Shown here piece by piece: positions 59,879-64,000 of a stretch of DNA of 64,000 nt. A program made the translations under genes and the position numbers. The notes beneath the pieces are model-generated. The model searched no databases. It had not been told where the DNA came from and saw only the letters and a program-made list of their open reading frames with translations. This DNA is from Veleropilina oligotropha (Eukaryota). The stretch's first letter is position 1. Each line of letters opens with the position of its first letter. The DNA lies in the NCBI GenBank assembly GCA_048128005.1, contig JBEUKZ010000013.1, positions 62,001 to 126,000 of the forward strand, given 5' to 3'.

Positions 59879-62331
59879 AGTTGGTCGATAAATATAACAA
59901 TGATATTAAACTCATCATTGACAATCATGCTCCGGAGATCACCAAAACAGTCACCATAAGACCAAATACACAATGGTACAATGCCAACCTCCGCCAAGCT
60001 AAAGTAATTCGACGACGCTTAGAACGTCGCTGGAATAAGTCTGGCAAACTCACCGATTACGACGCATATAAGGAACAGTGCAAGTTGGTGAACCATCTGC
60101 TCACGGATGCTAAAACTGAATTCTTCTCAAACAAAGTCATTAACTCGAAAGATGATCAAAAGAAGCTCTTTAATGTTACCAAAGATCTGTTACAATGGAA
60201 TAAGTCAACTCCACTGCCAACTGATTATCAAGAGGAATCACTTCCCGCTATTTTTAGCGACTTCTTCGTTGATAAAATAATCAAAATACGAAACACAATT
60301 TCGTTATCGCAAATGCAATCAACCACCGATGAAATCTATGAATCTTTAGATTCGAAACGTAATGACATTCAACTCTTAACGTTTGAAGTTGCAACGAATG
60401 ATGAAATTAGGTCGATCATTATGCGGTCATCATCATCTACGTGCCCACTCGACCCTCTACCATCATGGATGCTGAAAGCATGTTCAGATGAATTGTTGCC
60501 AATTTTTACGCGGCTTGTCAACATGTCATTATCCAATGCAGAAGTTCCACAACATTTCAAGAGCGCATTGGTAAAGCCCTTACTGAAAAGGGCCAATTTG
60601 GATCAAAACAATCTGAAAAATTATCGACCGGTTTCTAATCTAAGTTTTATATCAAAACTTGTGGAACGTGTTGTAGCAATTCGATTAAATTCTCACTTGA
60701 AAAATCACATGCTTTTGGACAAATACCAATCAGCGTATCGCATGTTTCACTCCACAGAAACAGCCCTTTTAAAGGTTCAGAATGAAATACTTCAATCTCT
60801 ACATCAGAAATCAATGGTTGCTCTCGCCTTGCTTGACCTGAGTGCAGCTTTCGATACAATTGACCACCAAATTCTGTTTAACCGCCTGAACGCCTACTTG
60901 GGAATCAAGCAATCAGCACTTACATGGATCAAGTCATATCTACATGAGCGAAAACAAACCGTCGTCATAAACGGCATGAAATGTGACCCTGCCTCTCTCC
61001 CTTACGGTGTGCCACAAGGTTCCGTCTTAGGTCCGATTCTGTTTTCGATGTATGTCACACCCGTAGCAGAGATTTCCTCCAAATATAATCTGTCCTATCA
61101 TTTCTACGCAGATGACAGTCAAATATATGTTGCATTTGATCCCAAAAGCTCCTTCAAGGCAAGCCTAGACATATTGAAGAGCTGTGTTTCAGAGATCAAA
61201 CACTGGATGTGCACAAACATGCTTAAACTCAATGTTGATAAAACTGAGTTTATTATATTTGGCTCAAGAAGTAACATCACAAAGGTCCGAGATGTAAACC
61301 TACAAGTTGGTGAAACTGAAATAAACTCCAGCGAATTTGTAAGAAATTTGGGTGCTTACTTCGACAACACTATGTCGATGGAAAAATTCGTCTCTGATAA
61401 AGTTAAATGCTCATTATTATTTCTAAGAAACATCAGACGCATCCGTCGTTTTTTAACACCAGATGCAACGAAGCTTCTTGTGCATGCATATGTCATATCT
61501 CGCCTTGATTATTCCAACAGTTTACTTTTCGGAATAAACGCAAGCCTCATTAACAGATTGCAGCAAGTTCAGAATGCCGCAGCCAGGCTGATGTTACTTG
61601 CCCAGCCAAGGGACCATGCAACCCCGCTGCTATATAGCCTACACTGGCTCCCTGTTGAGAAACGGATTATCTTCAAAATTCTTACATTCGTTTACAATTC
61701 TCTTCAAGGAAAAGCGCCTGGATATATTATTGAACTTCTGGCTCAATATCGACCTATTAGAGCACTTAGGTCGCAGCAATTACAACAGTTGACAGAGAAT
61801 AGAACAATGAATAAATATGGCGATAGAGCATTTATCAACAATGCCCCAAAACTCTGGAACAAACTCCCATCTAAAGTAAAGGAAAGCACATCTCAGACAA
61901 GTTTTCGGAAGACGTTGAAAACACACCTATTTGCTGATGTATATGCCAACCTGATCAAATCTCACTAACAATTCAGCTGACATCGTAGTAGTGGAGGACA
62001 GTAATGACTGCTTCACATCTGTTCATTGTTATTGCTATTAGCATTCATCATATGTACCACTCAAAGTTGGTTGAAGTTCACGCAGGGGCTGCTTCACCGC
62101 TTTGTCTGATTGCGCTTGTAAAAAAAATTAATAAAATTGAAAAAACGCAACAAAAAAATATTTTGTTTATTATTATTATTGCTTATTGCATTCATAGTAT
62201 GTATCATTGATGTCTCTCCTGTATATTATTGTGTACATTGTACTGTAATATTAGTTATAGTTTGTACTGCGCTTAGAGCTACACTAGAATAGGCGCATTA
62301 TAAATGTATTAAATAATAATAATAATAATAA
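59879..62331 (+). mobile_element. L2-clade LINE, 5'-truncated, with intact RT reading frame (59881..61968), 3' UTR and (AAT)n tail
   Basis: NYRPVSNL, QSAYR..HSTETAL, DLSAAFDTIDH, GVPQGSVLGP, YADDSQIY, SRLDY, LHWLP. Terminal gcgc..gcgc hairpin and aataat tail. Confidence 0.95.
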
Positions 62332-63597
62332 TAGATTTTATCTTATATCCTGCCGTTTCTATTGTGCACTATAATATTTCATGCACCGTACGTGCGAATG
62401 TTAACAATCTCTGACGCATGCGCAATTCAGCGTAACTAAGGTCTTTTCTAACCATTTTGCAAGAATTTACTTATGACAATCTTACGTTTGTCCTAAGTTT
62501 TACGTCTTGCGATAAACTTAAGACAACCTTTGTGAAACGGTCTTAAAATAATCTTAAAATTGTTCTAAGACTATCGTAAGTCTAAGACTTGCGACCGCAA
62601 GTAAGATATTTGTGAAACGGGACCCTGGCTTAAGTTTGATTTGATCGATAAATGCCGCTACGCTCCGAATCTTTCTGAACGTTGCCAAGACTACATTCGA
62701 CAGAATTTGAAAGGTTGCTCGATGACGTGACCGCACGCGCAGAAATATTCCAACATTTAAGATAACGTTTATCTGTGATTTGGACCATAACTGATAAAAC
62801 TTCAGCAGAATTTGGTGCTTATGATAAACTCTACGCGCCTGCAGCTGTCAGCGCGAATCGCTTGACACTTGAAAAATAAATAAAATATTATGTGATATTA
62901 GTAGCTAATATTTACCCATAACCGAACAATGCCTTATTTTTGAAAAATCAATCCCAGAATGCCTAGATTTCGTGTTTCCTGTTTATATCGTAGGCATATA
63001 TATATATTCAATTTTGTTGAAAATTCATTATTTTCTTCACACGTGTTAGTCTATAAGAGCTCGCACTTAACATAATTAAAGAAGCTGTACCATTTTTATT
63101 CCAGACCAGTTTAATACATGTGTACATATTTTAGTATGTCCTATGTAGCATATAACCAACAGCAAAGTAACTTATTAAAACAATAATGAGCATATGTGTA
63201 AATTTTGTGGCAGTTATGTAAGTCACGGCGCTACCCGCATGTAAATGACTGTAATGCTCCCAGAGGGAGTTGAGGTAGCACATTGAGTGGAACAGGCCCA
63301 TAGCCAGGTAATAATGTTCAGTGCATTGAGACAAGAGCGTAATAATGCGCTAAATAAGACCGGAGTATTATTATTATTATTAATGCACAGTGAATTTGGT
63401 CAATGTAGTGTGGAACAGTAAGTGTCCATTTCCAAAAAAAACGAAGCACAATTGCATTTTTAAAATTCATTTATGATTTAAAATTGAAGATCGCAAACAA
63501 TTTGAATACAATGTATACGTTTAATCATGTATACATTTTCCTAATATTTTTTCCCAAAACCTGTTATAATATTAAGTATACCTTAAGATAGCATTGC

Positions 63598-64000
63598 GTA
63601 AACTGTTTAACAGCTTCTTCTGCATTCTGAGGCAGCTGCTATCTGTATATTACCATCAACAGTGTGTGGAGGGTTGGCCCAATGGGTGTCGCACGAACAA
63701 GACAATTTTAGTATTTAAAACTATGAAACAGCCTCTCCAGCATTATGATGCTGCAAATGCTATGTTTTATATTACTATCAACGATGTGTGTGGGGATGGT
63801 GTTACACGCAAAATAAAATGTAATATTTAAAACTGTGAAACCGCTTTTCCTGTATCATGGGGTACAAATGTGATGTTATTATATTATTACTATCTTCAGC
63901 ACGTGCATGAAAATTTAAACATTTAAAACTGTTAAACAGCTTATCCTGTGTTATGAGTCTGCAAATGCAATGCTTTTAGCTTACTACCAACAGTGTCCAT
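63598..64000 (+). repeat. Degenerate ~100-115-bp tandem repeat running off the window
   Basis: Recurrent aaact.t.aa.c.gc...tattactatcaac..tgtg units. Confidence 0.55.

Overview
Repeat-rich, AT-rich eukaryotic DNA, most likely a marine invertebrate (inferred from the TE families). The main feature is a complete 16.7-kb, GC-rich endogenous Polinton/Maverick-like virus at 16222-32932. It has identical 228-bp terminal inverted repeats (5'-AGCAGC...GCTGCT-3') and a 5-bp target-site duplication (CATTT). It encodes an rve integrase, an A32/FtsK packaging ATPase, putative major and minor capsid proteins, and an unusual replication protein (HeH, OTU-like protease, exonuclease-less PolB, SF1 helicase, His-Me endonuclease). 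It also carries about seven predicted membrane proteins, one with adjacent PSAP and LYPxL ESCRT-type late motifs, and a secreted Cys-rich, possibly IL-17/cystine-knot-like protein. No stand-alone capsid maturation protease is recognisable. Outside the virus are an 18-finger C2H2 zinc-finger ORF, a decayed DIRS retrotransposon whose gag is split by a young non-coding LTR element, CR1 and L2 LINEs, tRNA-derived SINEs, MITEs and Helentron-like tandem-array elements. All protein calls come from motif reading, not database searches.
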